Source: an uncultured bacterium
GTDB taxonomy: Bacteria; Fidelibacterota; Marinisomatia; SCGC-AAA003-L08; GCA-2689995
Assembly (NCBI GenBank): GCA_964529325.1
Contig: CAZGWH010000005.1
Location: 1,126-65,125 of the forward strand
Direction of reading: 5' to 3'
DNA length: 64,000 bases
In this document: positions 1 through 12,526 of the stretch, piece by piece
Layout: each line of letters begins with the position of its first letter
Position numbering within the stretch: position 1 is the first letter of the stretch
Translations under genes and position numbers: made by a program
Notes under the pieces: model-generated
Told to the model about the DNA's origin: nothing
Seen by the model: the letters and a program-made list of their open reading frames with translations, nothing else
The model's database searches: none

Positions 1-359
1 TTTATTAAGAGGTGTGGATAAAGAACAGGTTAGAAGAGGGATGGTATTGGCTGCTCCTGGTTCAATTACTCCGCATACAAAGTTTAAAGCAGAAGTGTAT
101 GTTCTTAAGAAAGAAGAAGGTGGAAGACATACTCCATTTTTCAAAGGATATAGACCTCAGTTTTATTTTAGAACAACAGATGTTACGGGTGAAGTGATTT
201 TACCTGAAGGTACAGAGATGGTTATGCCTGGAGATAATATAAGTTTAGAGATAAACTTAATAACTCCAATTGCGATGGATCCTGAATTGAGATTCGCTAT
301 TCGTGAAGGTGGTCATACTGTTGGTGCTGGTGTTGTAACAGAAATTATAGAGTAGGAAA
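1..359 (+). repeat. Copy 1 of a perfect 359-bp repeat (3' end of tuf plus 4 nt past the stop)
   Basis: Base-for-base identical by eye to 15483-15841. Identity ends at 360 (t) versus 15842 (c). Confidence 0.95.
2..355 (+). CDS. tuf: Elongation factor Tu, 3' fragment cut by the window edge (upstream tuf copy)
   Basis: Translation ...[23 protein letters not shown]...[17 protein letters not shown] is identical to the C-terminus of the full tuf at 14650-15837. It is followed by rpmG-tRNA-Trp-secE-nusG. Confidence 0.97.
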   Translation, partial: LLRGVDKEQVRRGMVLAAPGSITPHTKFKAEVYVLKKEEGGRHTPFFKGYRPQFYFRTTDVTGEVILPEGTEMVMPGDNISLEINLITPIAMDPELRFAIREGGHTVGAGVVTEIIE

Positions 360-524
360 TTGGCTGGTAATAGTAATCGTGATATAATTTCTCTGGCATG
401 TCCAGAGTGCAAGCGTAGGAATTATTCAGTGACTAAGAATAAAAGGCTTCATCCTGAGCGTATTGAGCACACGAAGTATTGTCGTTGGTGCCGTAAGCAT
501 ACGGATCATAAAGAAGCTAAATAG
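360..524 (+). CDS. rpmG: 50S ribosomal protein L33 (zinc-ribbon form)
   Basis: Not in the ORF track. TTG start at 360 gives [54 protein letters not shown], with a CxxC...CxxC pattern. Conserved position before tRNA-Trp/secE. Confidence 0.9.
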   Translation: MAGNSNRDIISLACPECKRRNYSVTKNKRLHPERIEHTKYCRWCRKHTDHKEAK

Positions 525-535
525 TTTTTTAGTAT

Positions 536-608
536 AGGTGAGTAGTTCAATTGGTAGAGCATCGGCCTCCAAAGCCGGGAGTTGAGGGTTCGAGTCCTTC
601 CTCACCTG
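536..608 (+). tRNA. trnW: tRNA-Trp (anticodon CCA)
   Basis: Acceptor stem AGGTGAG/CTCACCT, anticodon loop CTCCAAA, T-arm GGTTCGAGTCC. CCA 3' end not encoded. Confidence 0.93.
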
Positions 609-656
609 CGCAAATTACAAGAAATAATTTAATAAACATAATAGTTGGGTATTTAA

Positions 657-845
657 ATGGCAGGTAAAATTAATAGCTATATTGATAGTGTTCGTGCTGA
701 AATGAAAAAAGTAACTTGGTTGTCTAATGATGAATTAATTGGATCAACAGGTGTTGTTGCTGTTTTTTCAATCGTAATGTCTTGTTTTTTATTTGTTGCT
801 GACTATAGTGTTAGTAACCTAATGTCGTGGTTTCTAGGGAATTAA
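657..845 (+). CDS. secE: Preprotein translocase subunit SecE
   Basis: 62 aa with an AEMKKVTWLSNDEL motif followed by a single TM helix. Sits between tRNA-Trp and nusG. Confidence 0.9.
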   Translation: MAGKINSYIDSVRAEMKKVTWLSNDELIGSTGVVAVFSIVMSCFLFVADYSVSNLMSWFLGN

Positions 846-852
846 CTAGATT

Positions 853-1380
853 TTGGAATGGTATTCAATTAGAGTTATTTCTGGGAAGGAAGTAAAAGCT
901 CGGGAAGATATCTTGTTTGAGGCTGAAGAGGCTAAGATTGTTGCGGATATTGATGAGATTTTTGTTCCTACCCAGAAAGTTGTTGAAGTTCGCCAGGGGA
1001 AGAAGCGAGTAAAGGAGAAAGTTTTTTTCCCAGGTTATATTTTAATTAAAATGGACTTAAATACTGAGTCGAGATATGTCGTTGAAAATACAAGTGGCGT
1101 ATTGAATTTTATTGGTTCAAATAATGTTCCTGTGCCTTTAAGAGCAAAAGAAGTTGCTCGTATTGTTGGTGAGGTAGAAAAAATTGAAGGTAAGGAAGTA
1201 GTTGAGTGTCCATTTAGTGTAGGTGATTCTGTGAAAGTTGTTGATGGACCTTTTGATGATTTCACGGGACATGTAGATGATATTAATAGTGATAAGCAGA
1301 AAGTGAAGGTGATGGTTTCGATTTTTGGTCGGCCAACGCCAGTTGAGTTAGATTTCTTTCAGGTTGAATTAGAAAAATAG
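853..1380 (+). CDS. nusG: Transcription termination/antitermination factor NusG
   Basis: TTG start. N-terminus [16 protein letters not shown] motif [18 protein letters not shown]. Synteny secE-nusG-rplK. Confidence 0.95.
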   Translation: MEWYSIRVISGKEVKAREDILFEAEEAKIVADIDEIFVPTQKVVEVRQGKKRVKEKVFFPGYILIKMDLNTESRYVVENTSGVLNFIGSNNVPVPLRAKEVARIVGEVEKIEGKEVVECPFSVGDSVKVVDGPFDDFTGHVDDINSDKQKVKVMVSIFGRPTPVELDFFQVELEK

Positions 1381-1387
1381 GTTTATA

Positions 1388-1813
1388 ATGGCAAAAAAAG
1401 TAGTCGGATTTATTAAATTGCAAATACCTGCGGGTAAAGCAAATCCTGCACCACCTGTTGGTCCTGCATTGGGACAACATGGTGTTAATATTATGGAATT
1501 TTGTAAATCGTTTAATGCAAAAACGCAAGAAAGTATGGGTAAGATTATCCCTGTTGAAATTACAGTGTATGCTGATCGATCTTTTACTTTTATAACAAAA
1601 ACACCGCCGGTGCCAACATTGATTATTGAGTTTGCAGGCATTAAAAAAGGTTCAGGTGAGCCTAATAAGGAAAAAGTAGGTGTGATTAAGCGTGATAAGG
1701 TAAGAGAAATTGCAGAGATTAAAATGCCTGATTTGAATGCAAATGATGTTGAGGCTGCTATGCGAATGGTTGAAGGAACTGCTCGAAGTATGGGTGTTAC
1801 GGTAGAGGAATAA
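1388..1813 (+). CDS. rplK: 50S ribosomal protein L11
   Basis: [40 protein letters not shown] is the canonical L11 N-terminus. Confidence 0.98.
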   Translation: MAKKVVGFIKLQIPAGKANPAPPVGPALGQHGVNIMEFCKSFNAKTQESMGKIIPVEITVYADRSFTFITKTPPVPTLIIEFAGIKKGSGEPNKEKVGVIKRDKVREIAEIKMPDLNANDVEAAMRMVEGTARSMGVTVEE

Positions 1814-1815
1814 GC

Positions 1816-2508
1816 ATGAAAAGAAGTAATAGATATATTGAAAATTTAAAAACAGTAGATAGAGATAAGGAATATTTATTGAGCGATGCTGTTGGGTTGA
1901 TTAAAGACTTAAAATCTGCTAAATTTGATGAAACGATCGATTTGGCTGTAAACCTTGGTGTCGATCCGAAGCATGCGGATCAAATTGTAAGAGGGACTAT
2001 TTCCCTACCTCATGGAACGGGAAAGAGTGTTAAGGTTTTAGTATTATGCAAGGGTGATAATGTCGTTGCGGCGGAAGAAGCGGGCGCAGATTTTGTAGGT
2101 GCTGATGATATGATTGAAAAAATTAAAGGTGGCTGGTTAGATATTGATGTAATTATTGCTACACCTGATATGATGGCTTCTGTTGGGAAGATTGGTCGAG
2201 TTTTAGGGCCGAGAGGGCTAATGCCTAATCCTAAATCGGGAACAGTAACAAAGGATGTTTCAAAAGCTGTATCTGAAGTTAAAGCTGGCCGGATTGAGTT
2301 TAGAGTTGATAAATTTGGCTTAATTCATGCGGGTGTTGGTAAGCTATCCTTTGATAGCGAAAAATTAATTGATAATGTAAATGCATTCATGGGAGCATTA
2401 TTAAGAGCAAAGCCATCTGCTTCAAAAGGAATATATTTAAAGAAGATTACAATTGCTTCAACGATGGGTGCTGGACTTAAATTAGACAAAAACGAATTTA
2501 CTGCATAG
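1816..2508 (+). CDS. rplA: 50S ribosomal protein L1
   Basis: FDETIDLAVNLGVDPKHADQIVRGT is an L1 signature. Synteny. Confidence 0.98.
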   Translation: MKRSNRYIENLKTVDRDKEYLLSDAVGLIKDLKSAKFDETIDLAVNLGVDPKHADQIVRGTISLPHGTGKSVKVLVLCKGDNVVAAEEAGADFVGADDMIEKIKGGWLDIDVIIATPDMMASVGKIGRVLGPRGLMPNPKSGTVTKDVSKAVSEVKAGRIEFRVDKFGLIHAGVGKLSFDSEKLIDNVNAFMGALLRAKPSASKGIYLKKITIASTMGAGLKLDKNEFTA

Positions 2509-2517
2509 GGATTAAAA

Positions 2518-3033
2518 ATGCCAACACAAACAAAAATTGAAACAGTTAGTGAGCTTCAAAATAAATTTGAAAATTCAACAGGTGTTTATTTTGGAAATTA
2601 TACAGGCTTAAATGTTGCGATGGTAACAGAATTAAGACGAAATTTTCGTGCTGAAGGAGTTCAGTACAAAGTATATAAAAATAATCTTACAAAGATTGCT
2701 GCAAAAAATGCAGGATTTGAAGGTTTAGATGATATATTGGTAGGACAAATAGGTGTCGCTTTTTCTGAGTCTGATCCTACCGCACCTGCAAGAGTAATTA
2801 AGAAGTTTATAAAAGATAAAAACCCTTTTGAGGTAGTGGGAATTATATTTGAAGGTGAAATTTTTGATGCTAATAAATATGAGGAATTGGCAAATTTACC
2901 ATCTAAAGAAGAATTGTTATCAAAGCTAGTTGGTGGTTTGAGCTCTCCAATGACGAAACTTGTAGGGACATTGAGTGGTTCTATGTCTAAATTTGTAAGA
3001 ACACTTAGTAGTTTAAAAGAGCAAAAAAATTAA
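2518..3033 (+). CDS. rplJ: 50S ribosomal protein L10
   Basis: 171 aa between rplA and rplL, with L10-like N-terminal and central motifs. Confidence 0.93.
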   Translation: MPTQTKIETVSELQNKFENSTGVYFGNYTGLNVAMVTELRRNFRAEGVQYKVYKNNLTKIAAKNAGFEGLDDILVGQIGVAFSESDPTAPARVIKKFIKDKNPFEVVGIIFEGEIFDANKYEELANLPSKEELLSKLVGGLSSPMTKLVGTLSGSMSKFVRTLSSLKEQKN

Positions 3034-3074
3034 TTTATTTAATAATTTTATAATTAAGAAAAACAGGAGAAAAA

Positions 3075-3452
3075 ATGGCTGATGTGAGTCGCGCTGATGT
3101 GCTTAGCTATCTAGAAAATTCAAATATGCTTGAAATTTCTGAACTTATTGGTGATATCGAAGAAAAGTTTGGTGTTACTGCCGCTGCACCTGTAGCTGTT
3201 GCTGCTGCGCCTGCTGGAGATGCAGGTGGTGCTGAAGAAAAAACAGAATTCGATGTTGAATTGACTTCTATAGGTGAAAAGAAAATTAATGTTATTAAAG
3301 CAGTTAGAGAGCTAACAAGTTTAGGTCTTAAAGAAGCTAAAGCATTAGTTGATGGTGCACCGAATGTAATTAAGGAGGCTTTACCTAAGGAAGAAGCTGA
3401 AGGTATGAAGTCTAAATTGGAAGAAGCTGGAGCGACTGTTACACTTAAATAA
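3075..3452 (+). CDS. rplL: 50S ribosomal protein L7/L12
   Basis: Ala-rich hinge [13 protein letters not shown] and C-terminal domain [27 protein letters not shown]. Confidence 0.98.
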   Translation: MADVSRADVLSYLENSNMLEISELIGDIEEKFGVTAAAPVAVAAAPAGDAGGAEEKTEFDVELTSIGEKKINVIKAVRELTSLGLKEAKALVDGAPNVIKEALPKEEAEGMKSKLEEAGATVTLK

Positions 3453-3527
3453 GTGTAGTCGTGCTTTTACCAATTATTATATTATCGACTTTAGTCTTCA
3501 ACAATCCATTAATAGGAGGGCTTCACT

Positions 3528-6500
3528 TTGAGTGAAAAGTCCACTCATGTTCTAAATAGACATGATTTCGCAACTGTCAAGGTTCAAGCGGATGTACCAG
3601 ATCTTCTTGAAATTCAATTGGCATCTTATGAGGAATTTCTACAAGAACATGTCCTCTCGGAGAAAAGAAAGAAAAAAGGCCTTGAGGCTGTTTTTCGTTC
3701 TATGTTTCCCGTAGAGGATAATCATAAGAACTATGTTCTGGAGTATAAAAATTATTATTTAGGACTTCCCAAATATACAATGAAGGAATGTCTTGAGAGA
3801 AGGATTTCATACTCTGTACCTTTAAAAGTTAAATTTATATTACATATTACTAATGAAAATGATCGTACTCAATATGTACAAAATATTGAGCAGGATGTAT
3901 TCTTTGGGAATGTGCCATATATGACAGATAGGGGCACTTTTATTATTAATGGTGCTGAGCGTGTGATTGTAAGTCAATTGCAGAGATCTCCTGGTGTGTT
4001 TTTTGATCAAGCATTTCACCCTAATGGAACTAAAATATTTACAGCGAGAATTATACCTTTTAGAGGGTCTTGGGTAGATTTTACTACAGATATTTATGAT
4101 TGTATTTATGCTATTATTGATAGACGAAGAAAATTTCCTGCAACTCTATTATTAAGAGCTATCGGATTTTCTTCAAATAAAGATATTTTTAATATCTTTA
4201 ACTTAGTCAAAGATTACAAGATTAGTGGAAGTAAAACTCTTGTCGGTAGAGAATTTTTAGAAGATATTGTTGCGAAAAAGACAGGTGAAGTATTAGCAGA
4301 GCAAGGTAAAACTATTTCCAAGGATGATCTTGAACGATTAAAAGAGGCTGGAATTAAAGAGATTCCTGCTGTTAAAGATCTTGAAGATTTAGACTTCATT
4401 ATGTTGAGAAATACAATGGAAAAAGATCCGACTAATAATAGCGGTGAAGCATTATTGTTGCTATATGAACATTTACGATCAGGTAAAGCGCCGAATGTAC
4501 CTGTCGCAAAAAAATTCATTGAAAAGATGTTTTTCTCTTCAAAGAAATATGATTTAGGCCAGGTAGGACGTTACCGAATTAATAAGAAATTTGATTTAAA
4601 AATACCTGTTGATGAACCGATTTTAACGCGTGAAGATTTTATTGAAGTATTTAAATACTTAATCATAATGCGTAAAGGATTAAAAGGGCCAGATGATATT
4701 GATCATTTAGGTAACCGACGAGTCCGTACTGTTGGTGAGCAACTTGCTAATCAATTTAGTGTTGCATTATCTCGTATGCAAAGAACAATTAAAGAAAGAA
4801 TGAATCAGAGAGAGGCAGAAAGTTTAACTCCTCAAGATTTAGTTAATTCAAGAGTTGTGACTTCTGTAATTAATACATTCTTTGGAACAAGTCAATTATC
4901 TCAGTTTATGGATCAAACGAATCCTTTATCTGAAATTACACATAAGCGAAGAATATCGTCGCTAGGACCTGGTGGATTAACGAGAGAACGAGCTGGATTT
5001 GAGGTTCGTGATGTTCACTTTACGCACTATGCACGATTATGCCCAATTGAGACTCCTGAGGGACCCAATATTGGTTTGATTAACTCTCTTGCAACACATG
5101 CGAAAGTAAACCATTTAGGATTTATTGAATCACCATATTATAAAATGAAGAAAAATTCAGATGGAAAAATTGTTCCTGAAAGAAAAGTTTCTTATTTAAG
5201 TGCTGATGATGAAGAACGCTCATATATTACTCCTGCTTCTGAAGGATTAGTTGAAGGTGGTGGTGATGCTGGTGATTATATTCGCTCAAGAAATGGTGAA
5301 GATTTTCCACTTGTAATGAGAGATGAAATTAACTTTACAGATGTTTCTCCAAGTCAAATTGTGAGTGTTTCTGCTGCATTAATTCCATTTTTAGACCATG
5401 ATGATGCTAACCGTGCATTGATGGGTTCGAATATGATGCGACAAGCTGTGCCATTACTTCGTCCAGAATCACCGATTGTTGGGACTGGAATGGAAGCAAG
5501 TGTTGCTCGTGATTCTCGTTCTGTTATTATTTCTGAAGTGAATGGTGTTGTTGAAGAAGTAAAACCAAATGAAATTATTATTAGAACTGAATCTCAGGCG
5601 GATGAATTAACATTAGTTAGAAATGAAAATATTAAAAAATACAATGTTAGTAAATTTTTGCGAACTAATCAGAATACATGTATAAATCAAAAGCCATTGG
5701 TTAAAGCGGGTGATAAAGTTAAAATTGGTGATGTACTTGCCGATGGTACTTCGACTCAAGATGGTGTTCTTGCTCTAGGTAGAAACCTTAATGTAGCATT
5801 TATGCCATGGAGAGGTTATAACTTTGAGGATGCGATTGTTATAAATGAACGATTGGTAAAAGATGATTATTTAACTTCTATTCACATGAAAGAATTTGAA
5901 GTTGAAATTAGAGATACTCGTCGTGGTGAAGAAGAGTTAACAAATGAAATTCCTAATGTATCCGAAGAAGCTACGCGGAATTTAGATCCTCGTGGTATTG
6001 TTAGGATTGGCGCACAGGTAATTCCTGGTGATATTCTAGTAGGAAAAGTAACGCCTAAAGGTGAAACTGATCCGACACCAGAAGAGAAATTATTAAGAGC
6101 AATATTTGGTGAAAAAGCGGGTGATGTTAAAGATGCATCTAAGCGTTGTTCTTCGGGAGTCCATGGAACAATTATTGATACGCAATTATTTGAACGAAAA
6201 AGTTTAGCAATTCGCAAGGAAGAAAAACAAGAAATTAGAGGTCTTCAACGAAAAGCAAGGCAAGATCGTATGAACTTAATGGAGAAACGGAATGCATTAT
6301 TAGTTTCTCAATTAGAAAACCAAAATTCGGGTGGTATTAGAGATACAGCCACGAATAAAACATTAATTAAAGCTAAGACATTATTAACTGGTCAGCGTGT
6401 TTTAGAATTAGATTTTGAAAGATTATCATTAAAATCACCTTGGGTTGGGGATCCATTTGTTTGGAATAATATTCTTAAGGTTTGGGAGAATTTCAGAAGA

Positions 6501-7301
6501 AATCTTCGTCAGTTAGAAGAATCACTTGAGAAAGATATTTTCAAGTTAAGAGTTGGTGATGATTTACAACAAGGTGTAATGAAGTTGGCTAAAGTTTATA
6601 TTGCTCAGAAGCGTAGAATTTCTGTTGGTGATAAAATGGCTGGACGACATGGAAATAAAGGTATTGTTTCTATTATTGTGCCTGAAGAAGATATGCCATA
6701 TCTTGCTGACGGTTCAACTGTAGATATTATTTTGAATCCATTAGGTGTGCCTTCTCGTATGAACTTGGGACAACTATATGAAACAATGCTCGGTTGGGCT
6801 GGTACTAAATTAGGTAAGAAATATACAACACCGGTATTTAACGGTGCTTCTTTAAGTGATGTAGAGGGGCAGTTGAAAGAGGCTGGACTTCCTGAGTCAG
6901 GTACTGTTGATTTATGGGATGGTCGAACAGGTGATAAGTTTGACTCTAAGGTTGTTGTTGGTAATATCTATATGTTAAAATTATCTCACCAAGTTGACGA
7001 TAAAATGCATGCAAGATCTACTGGACCTTATTCATTAATTACACAGCAACCGTTAGGTGGTAAAGCACAGTCTGGTGGACAAAGATTGGGTGAGATGGAG
7101 GTATGGGCCTTGGAAGCTTATGGTGCATCTCATGTTCTTCAAGAGATATTAACTACAAAATCGGATGATGTTGAAGGTCGTACGAAATTGTATAATGCTC
7201 TCGTGCGCGGAACAAATTCACCTGAGTCCAATATTCCAGAATCCTTTAATGTTCTTGTTAGAGAGCTTCAAGGATTAGGCTTAAATGTAGTTTTAGATTA
7301 A
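3528..7301 (+). CDS. rpoB: DNA-directed RNA polymerase subunit beta
   Basis: 1257 aa. TTG start with AGGAGG upstream. Motifs [16 protein letters not shown] and NMQRQAVPLL-like ([10 protein letters not shown]). Confidence 0.99.
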   Translation: MSEKSTHVLNRHDFATVKVQADVPDLLEIQLASYEEFLQEHVLSEKRKKKGLEAVFRSMFPVEDNHKNYVLEYKNYYLGLPKYTMKECLERRISYSVPLKVKFILHITNENDRTQYVQNIEQDVFFGNVPYMTDRGTFIINGAERVIVSQLQRSPGVFFDQAFHPNGTKIFTARIIPFRGSWVDFTTDIYDCIYAIIDRRRKFPATLLLRAIGFSSNKDIFNIFNLVKDYKISGSKTLVGREFLEDIVAKKTGEVLAEQGKTISKDDLERLKEAGIKEIPAVKDLEDLDFIMLRNTMEKDPTNNSGEALLLLYEHLRSGKAPNVPVAKKFIEKMFFSSKKYDLGQVGRYRINKKFDLKIPVDEPILTREDFIEVFKYLIIMRKGLKGPDDIDHLGNRRVRTVGEQLANQFSVALSRMQRTIKERMNQREAESLTPQDLVNSRVVTSVINTFFGTSQLSQFMDQTNPLSEITHKRRISSLGPGGLTRERAGFEVRDVHFTHYARLCPIETPEGPNIGLINSLATHAKVNHLGFIESPYYKMKKNSDGKIVPERKVSYLSADDEERSYITPASEGLVEGGGDAGDYIRSRNGEDFPLVMRDEINFTDVSPSQIVSVSAALIPFLDHDDANRALMGSNMMRQAVPLLRPESPIVGTGMEASVARDSRSVIISEVNGVVEEVKPNEIIIRTESQADELTLVRNENIKKYNVSKFLRTNQNTCINQKPLVKAGDKVKIGDVLADGTSTQDGVLALGRNLNVAFMPWRGYNFEDAIVINERLVKDDYLTSIHMKEFEVEIRDTRRGEEELTNEIPNVSEEATRNLDPRGIVRIGAQVIPGDILVGKVTPKGETDPTPEEKLLRAIFGEKAGDVKDASKRCSSGVHGTIIDTQLFERKSLAIRKEEKQEIRGLQRKARQDRMNLMEKRNALLVSQLENQNSGGIRDTATNKTLIKAKTLLTGQRVLELDFERLSLKSPWVGDPFVWNNILKVWENFRRNLRQLEESLEKDIFKLRVGDDLQQGVMKLAKVYIAQKRRISVGDKMAGRHGNKGIVSIIVPEEDMPYLADGSTVDIILNPLGVPSRMNLGQLYETMLGWAGTKLGKKYTTPVFNGASLSDVEGQLKEAGLPESGTVDLWDGRTGDKFDSKVVVGNIYMLKLSHQVDDKMHARSTGPYSLITQQPLGGKAQSGGQRLGEMEVWALEAYGASHVLQEILTTKSDDVEGRTKLYNALVRGTNSPESNIPESFNVLVRELQGLGLNVVLD

Positions 7302-7324
7302 CCTCATATAATAAGGGGATTATA

Positions 7325-10300
7325 ATGGCATTCACTGAACCCATTCAGCATAAAAAAGCAAATAAATTTACTAGTATTACAATTGGTTTAACTTCACCCG
7401 AGCAAATTTTAGATAATTCTCGAGGTGAAATTTTAAAGCCAGAAACTATTAATTATCGATCATATAAACCTGAAAAAAATGGTTTATTCTGTGAGAAAAT
7501 TTTTGGTCCTGTTAAGGATTGGGAATGTCATTGCGGTAAATATAAACGAATTAGATATCGTGGTATAATTTGCGATAGATGTGGTGTTGAAGTTACACGA
7601 AAAACTGTTAGAAGAGAGCGGTTTGGTCATATTACTTTGGCAGTTCCTGTTGTACATATTTGGTACTTACGATCTATTCCAAGTAAAATTAGTTATATGC
7701 TTGGTTATACAACAAAAGAACTAGAGTCGATTGTATATTTTGAAAGATATGCAATTGTAAACCCTGGAAAATCAGGGCGAAAATATGGCGAATTATTAAC
7801 CGAAGCAGAATTTTTAGATTTAGATGAAGAATTTGGAATAGAAACTGCGACAGAAGATGATTTAGATGAAGATTTCTATTTTGAAGCGTTAATGGGTGGA
7901 GCCGCCATTCAACGACTTTTAAGAGGATTGGATGTTGTTAAGACAATTACTGAACTTCTAAAGGTTGCAAAGGCAGATAAAGTTTCGATGCAAAAGAGAG
8001 AAAATGCATTAAAACGCTTGCGTATTCTACGAAAATTTGACCCTCGAATTGAAAAAAAGATTATTAATAAACCTGAGTGGATGATTGTAAGTGTACTTCC
8101 AGTAATTCCACCAGAGTTAAGGCCATTAGTTCCTTTAGATGGTGGACGATTTGCGGCATCAGATTTAAATGATTTATATAGACGAGTAATAATAAGAAAT
8201 AATAGATTAAAACAATTGATGGAGATTAAAGCTCCTGATGTTATTTTAAGAAATGAAAAAAGAATGCTTCAGGAAGCTGTCGATGCATTGTTTGATAATA
8301 GTCGACTAAGAGCTGCTGTAAGAAGTGGTACTCGTCGTCCTTTAAAATCATTAAGTGATAATTTAAAGGGTAAAACAGGTCGTTTTAGACAGAACTTATT
8401 AGGGAAACGAGTAGATTATTCTGGGCGTTCTGTAATTGTTGTTGGTCCTGAGTTAAAATTGCACGAATGTGGAATTCCAAAGGATATGGCTATTGAATTA
8501 TTTAAACCAATGGTTATTCGACATTTAATTGAGCAAGGGTATATACGAACACCACGAAGTGCAAAAATATTAATTGAAAAAGGTGATCCTGCAGTATATA
8601 AAGTATTAGAATATACGGTTAGATCGCACCCCGTTATGCTTAATCGTGCACCTACTTTGCACCGATTAGGTATTCAAGCATTTCAACCTGTACTTGTGGA
8701 TGGTCGTGCGATTCGACTTCATCCGCTTTGTTGTGCAGCATTTAATGCAGATTTTGATGGTGACCAAATGGCGGTTCATGTACCTTTGTCTGCTGAAGCG
8801 AAGGCAGAAGCTTGGTTGTTAATGTTGGCAAGTCATAATATTTTACACCCTGCTACTGGAAACCCAATTGCAATCCCTTCTCAAGAAATGGTATTAGGAT
8901 GTTATTATCTGACACGGCCAAGAAAAGGAGCAAAAGGTGAAGGTATGCGTTTTGGTTCCCATATGGAAGTTCGTATGGCATTTGAAAATGATGAAGTTGA
9001 ATTACACGCAATTGTTGATTTTAGATATAAGGGAGAGTGGGTTAAGGAAACGACTATAGGGCGTATATTCTTAAATGAAGTACTACCTGATGAAATTGGT
9101 TATATAAATAAGTTGGTTTCAAAAAAGGTAATCCAAAAGATAGTTGGTGATTGCTATAAAAAAGCAGGCAATTATGCTACAGTTCAAACTTTAGATTTAT
9201 TAAAAGATTTAACCTTTAATTGTGCATTTAAAGCGGGTGCTTCTATTTCACTGGGTGATGTTATTATTCCTGATAATAAACATACATTGCTTGATGTGGC
9301 AGATAAAAAAGTAGAAGATATTCAGAATAAATTTGATCGCCAAATTTTAACTGAAGGTGAACGATATAATAAAGTAATTGATATTTGGACACATGCAACT
9401 AACGATATTGCGAAAGAGATGTTTAAAGAAATGGAAACAGATAGAGAAGGTTTTAATCCATTATACATGATGTCAGATTCTGGGGCGAGAGGTAGTGCTG
9501 ATCAGATTAAGCAGTTAGCTGGTATGCGTGGATTGATGGCTAAACCAAAGAAAAGTTTAGTTGGATCGTCTGGTGAGATTATTGAAAATCCAATTAAATC
9601 AAATTTTAAAGAAGGTTTATCTGCGTTTGAATATTTTATTTCTACACATGGTGCGCGTAAAGGATTAGCAGATACAGCTTTAAAGACTGCTGATGCTGGA
9701 TATTTAACTCGAAGATTAGTGGATGTTTCTCAAGATATGACTGTGAGTATGGATGACTGCTTAACTATTCATGGATTATTATTAGAAGATTTAAAAGATG
9801 GTGAAGAAATAATAGAACCATTGCTCGATAGAATTTATGGCCGAACTGTACTTGAGGATGTTATTGATCCAATAAATGGTAAAAAAGTATTAGATGCTGG
9901 AGATTTAATTGATCATAATCTGATTAGTAAAGTTGAAAATAGTAATGTATATCAAGTATTGGTTAGATCTATTTTAACATGTGAGTCTGAAAAAGGTGTC
10001 TGTTCAAGGTGTTATGGGCTGAATCTTGCTTCTAATAGATTGTCTTTAATTGGAGATGCCGTTGGAATTATTGCAGCTCAATCTATTGGTGAGCCGGGAA
10101 CGCAGTTAACACTTAGAACTTTCCATATTGGAGGTACAGCTTCTCGATTAATTGAACAGTCAGAGATGAAGACAAAAAAACCTGGTGTTTTAAAGTTTTC
10201 TGAAAATTTAAAAACTATTAAAATAACAAATGAAGAAGGTGATAAAATAGAAGTTTGTACTGTAAGGAATGGTAAAATAGACCTTGATGATGGTCACGGG

Positions 10301-11611
10301 CGAATTATAACTACTTATAATATTCCTTATGGTTCAAATGTGTTTGTAAAAGATGGTCAAAAAGTAAAAGCATCTACGAAACTTGCTTCTTGGGATCCAT
10401 ATACTGATGTTATTTTAGCTAGAAAAAGTGGTGTGATTAAGTTTAAAGATATGATTGATGGTGATACCTTTATTGAAGAAACTATTGAGGGTGGAAAGAA
10501 AACAATTGTAATTACTGAATCCAAAAATAGAAACTTAAGTCCTCATATTGAAATTGAAGATGAAACGGGCGAGTCAATTATGGGGGGTGCTAGTATCCTT
10601 CCTGTAAAAGCTAATATTGTTGTTCGCGAAGGGCAAAAAGTTAAAGAAGGTCATATTTTAGTAAAAATAAATCGTGGTGATATTGGTAAAACGAAAGATA
10701 TTACTGGTGGTTTGCCTCGAATTGCAGAATTATTTGAAGCTCGTAAGCCTTCTAGCCCTGCCGTGGTGACTGAAGTCGACGGTAAAGTACTTTTTGGTCC
10801 AATTAAGCGTGGTGTTAGAGAGATTCATATCATAACGAATGAGGGTGAAAAAAGAGTTTATAAAATTCCTTATGGTAAACATATAATTGTACATGAGGGT
10901 GACTATGCATACGCTGGAGATAGACTATGCGAAGGGTCTGTTGCGCCACAAGATATTTTGGCAATTAGAGGTGCGAACAGAGTACAAGAATATCTTGTAG
11001 AGCAAATTCAAGAAGTATATAGACTTCAAGGTGTGGAGATTAATGACAAGCATATTGAAGTGATTGTAAGGCAGATGATGCAAAGAGTGGAAATATTAGA
11101 TTCTGGCGATACTGTATTTTTACCAGGTGATAGAATTGGAAGATTCTTGGTAAAAAGTACAAATTTAGACATGTTGGAAAAATGTGTTGTTGAAAAATCG
11201 GGAGATTCTGACTACGAAGTTGATGATGTTGTTTATAATTCTAATATAAAAGATATAAACAAGCAACTTAAAAAGGACGGGAAAGAGCTTGTTGTAACTA
11301 GAAGAGCTGATCCTGCTACATTTAAACCATTACTTTTAGGGATTACTAGAGCATCATTAAACACAGATAGTTTTATTTCAGCTGCTTCATTTCAGGAAAC
11401 AACAAGAGTATTGACGGATGCAGCTGTAGAGGCTAAGACGGATTACCTTCTTGGTTTAAAAGAAAATGTAATTATTGGTAGGCTTATTCCTGCGGGTACG
11501 GGTATTGCAGATAACAAAGGATTGCTTGTCTCGGGTAAAAACATCCCTGAGCTTGATGAAACTGATGATGTTATGAAAGAAGAGGGTGAGGAAAATAAAG
11601 TTGAAGTTTAA
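7325..11611 (+). CDS. rpoC: DNA-directed RNA polymerase subunit beta'
   Basis: 1428 aa. Zn finger [23 protein letters not shown] and catalytic NADFDGDQM. Confidence 0.99.
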   Translation: MAFTEPIQHKKANKFTSITIGLTSPEQILDNSRGEILKPETINYRSYKPEKNGLFCEKIFGPVKDWECHCGKYKRIRYRGIICDRCGVEVTRKTVRRERFGHITLAVPVVHIWYLRSIPSKISYMLGYTTKELESIVYFERYAIVNPGKSGRKYGELLTEAEFLDLDEEFGIETATEDDLDEDFYFEALMGGAAIQRLLRGLDVVKTITELLKVAKADKVSMQKRENALKRLRILRKFDPRIEKKIINKPEWMIVSVLPVIPPELRPLVPLDGGRFAASDLNDLYRRVIIRNNRLKQLMEIKAPDVILRNEKRMLQEAVDALFDNSRLRAAVRSGTRRPLKSLSDNLKGKTGRFRQNLLGKRVDYSGRSVIVVGPELKLHECGIPKDMAIELFKPMVIRHLIEQGYIRTPRSAKILIEKGDPAVYKVLEYTVRSHPVMLNRAPTLHRLGIQAFQPVLVDGRAIRLHPLCCAAFNADFDGDQMAVHVPLSAEAKAEAWLLMLASHNILHPATGNPIAIPSQEMVLGCYYLTRPRKGAKGEGMRFGSHMEVRMAFENDEVELHAIVDFRYKGEWVKETTIGRIFLNEVLPDEIGYINKLVSKKVIQKIVGDCYKKAGNYATVQTLDLLKDLTFNCAFKAGASISLGDVIIPDNKHTLLDVADKKVEDIQNKFDRQILTEGERYNKVIDIWTHATNDIAKEMFKEMETDREGFNPLYMMSDSGARGSADQIKQLAGMRGLMAKPKKSLVGSSGEIIENPIKSNFKEGLSAFEYFISTHGARKGLADTALKTADAGYLTRRLVDVSQDMTVSMDDCLTIHGLLLEDLKDGEEIIEPLLDRIYGRTVLEDVIDPINGKKVLDAGDLIDHNLISKVENSNVYQVLVRSILTCESEKGVCSRCYGLNLASNRLSLIGDAVGIIAAQSIGEPGTQLTLRTFHIGGTASRLIEQSEMKTKKPGVLKFSENLKTIKITNEEGDKIEVCTVRNGKIDLDDGHGRIITTYNIPYGSNVFVKDGQKVKASTKLASWDPYTDVILARKSGVIKFKDMIDGDTFIEETIEGGKKTIVITESKNRNLSPHIEIEDETGESIMGGASILPVKANIVVREGQKVKEGHILVKINRGDIGKTKDITGGLPRIAELFEARKPSSPAVVTEVDGKVLFGPIKRGVREIHIITNEGEKRVYKIPYGKHIIVHEGDYAYAGDRLCEGSVAPQDILAIRGANRVQEYLVEQIQEVYRLQGVEINDKHIEVIVRQMMQRVEILDSGDTVFLPGDRIGRFLVKSTNLDMLEKCVVEKSGDSDYEVDDVVYNSNIKDINKQLKKDGKELVVTRRADPATFKPLLLGITRASLNTDSFISAASFQETTRVLTDAAVEAKTDYLLGLKENVIIGRLIPAGTGIADNKGLLVSGKNIPELDETDDVMKEEGEENKVEV

Positions 11612-11674
11612 TTATTTATTCTTTGGTTTGATTTGTAAAAACGCTGTAAAATATCAAGCTATGACGGAGATGAA

Positions 11675-12046
11675 ATGCCAACAATAAACCAACTTGTAAG
11701 AAAAGGCCGAAAGCGCCAATTGGTAAAAAATAAAGTACCTGCTTTGGAGCAATGTCCTCAACGACGGGGAGTTTGCGTGAGGGTTTATACAACTACACCT
11801 AAGAAGCCAAACTCGGCGTTAAGGAAAGTTGCTCGTGTAAGGTTGTCAAATGGGTATGAAGTAACAGCTTATATACCAGGTGAAGGGCATAATCTTCAGG
11901 AGCACTCTATTGTGTTGCTTGAAGGTGGTCGAGTAAAAGATTTGCCAGGGGTAAGATATCATGTAGTTCGTGGTGTTCTTGATCCTTCTGGTGTAGAAGG
12001 AAGAAAAACTAGCCGTTCAAGATACGGTGCTAAGAAACCTAAATAG
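11675..12046 (+). CDS. rpsL: 30S ribosomal protein S12
   Basis: [13 protein letters not shown]...[16 protein letters not shown]. Confidence 0.99.
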   Translation: MPTINQLVRKGRKRQLVKNKVPALEQCPQRRGVCVRVYTTTPKKPNSALRKVARVRLSNGYEVTAYIPGEGHNLQEHSIVLLEGGRVKDLPGVRYHVVRGVLDPSGVEGRKTSRSRYGAKKPK

Positions 12047-12049
12047 AAT

Positions 12050-12514
12050 ATGCGTAGAAGAAGACCAGAAAGAAGAGAGATTTTGCCAGATCCAGTCTAT
12101 AAAGATTTGGTTGTAGCAAAATTTGTAAATAATTTAATGCTTGATGGTAAGAAAAGTACTGCCGAAAAGCTTTTTTATAATTCTTTGGAGATTATAAACC
12201 ATAGAGAGAAAAAAGAAGGGTTGGATATATTTAAGAAAGCTCTTGAAAATGTTTCTCCATTGGTTGAGGTGAAATCTAAAAGAATTGGAGGGGCTACATA
12301 TCAAGTTCCGACAGAAGTTAGAGATGGGCGAAAATCTGCTTTAGCTATGCGGTGGTTGATCCAGTATGCTCGAGCAAGAAAGGGTCAGACGATGGCTGAT
12401 AGACTTGCCGCAGAATTTATTTCAGCATCAAAAGGTGAGGGTGGTTCTTTTAAGAAGAAGGAAGATACTCATAGAATGGCTGAAGCTAATAAAGCATTTG
12501 CACACTTTAGATAA
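12050..12514 (+). CDS. rpsG: 30S ribosomal protein S7
   Basis: [17 protein letters not shown]...GGATYQVP. Confidence 0.98.
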   Translation: MRRRRPERREILPDPVYKDLVVAKFVNNLMLDGKKSTAEKLFYNSLEIINHREKKEGLDIFKKALENVSPLVEVKSKRIGGATYQVPTEVRDGRKSALAMRWLIQYARARKGQTMADRLAAEFISASKGEGGSFKKKEDTHRMAEANKAFAHFR

Positions 12515-12526
12515 GATTAGGATTTA

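Noticed and set aside
12-197. A 61-aa plus-strand ORF (also at 15494-15679) in an alternative frame of tuf.
   Set aside because: It is an out-of-frame ORF inside EF-Tu coding sequence. It appears twice only because tuf is duplicated.
3453-3527. A possible attenuator hairpin between rplL and rpoB (AGTCG...CGACT).
   Set aside because: It has only 5 bp with a loop of about 26 nt and no T-tract, which is too weak to support a call.
4214-4519. Minus-strand ORFs from the track that lie inside conserved plus-strand genes: 1035-1265, 1283-1528, 1369-1641, 4214-4519, 5882-6217, 12786-12995, 16168-16359, 16824-17018, 17891-18100, 18935-19129, 19892-20110, 21229-21441, 22239-22433, 22575-22832, 24178-24438, 26025-26213, 27010-27201, 27307-27492, 27408-27602, 28397-28639, 31760-32051, 32453-32719, 33496-33690, 34898-35131, 44736-45140, 45586-45783, 46214-46534, 46776-46961, 49878-50072, 52403-52591, 53461-53655 and 60794-61033.
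   Set aside because: All are antisense shadow ORFs fully overlapped by genes with unmistakable homology-type motifs. They have low-complexity or odd composition and no start context.
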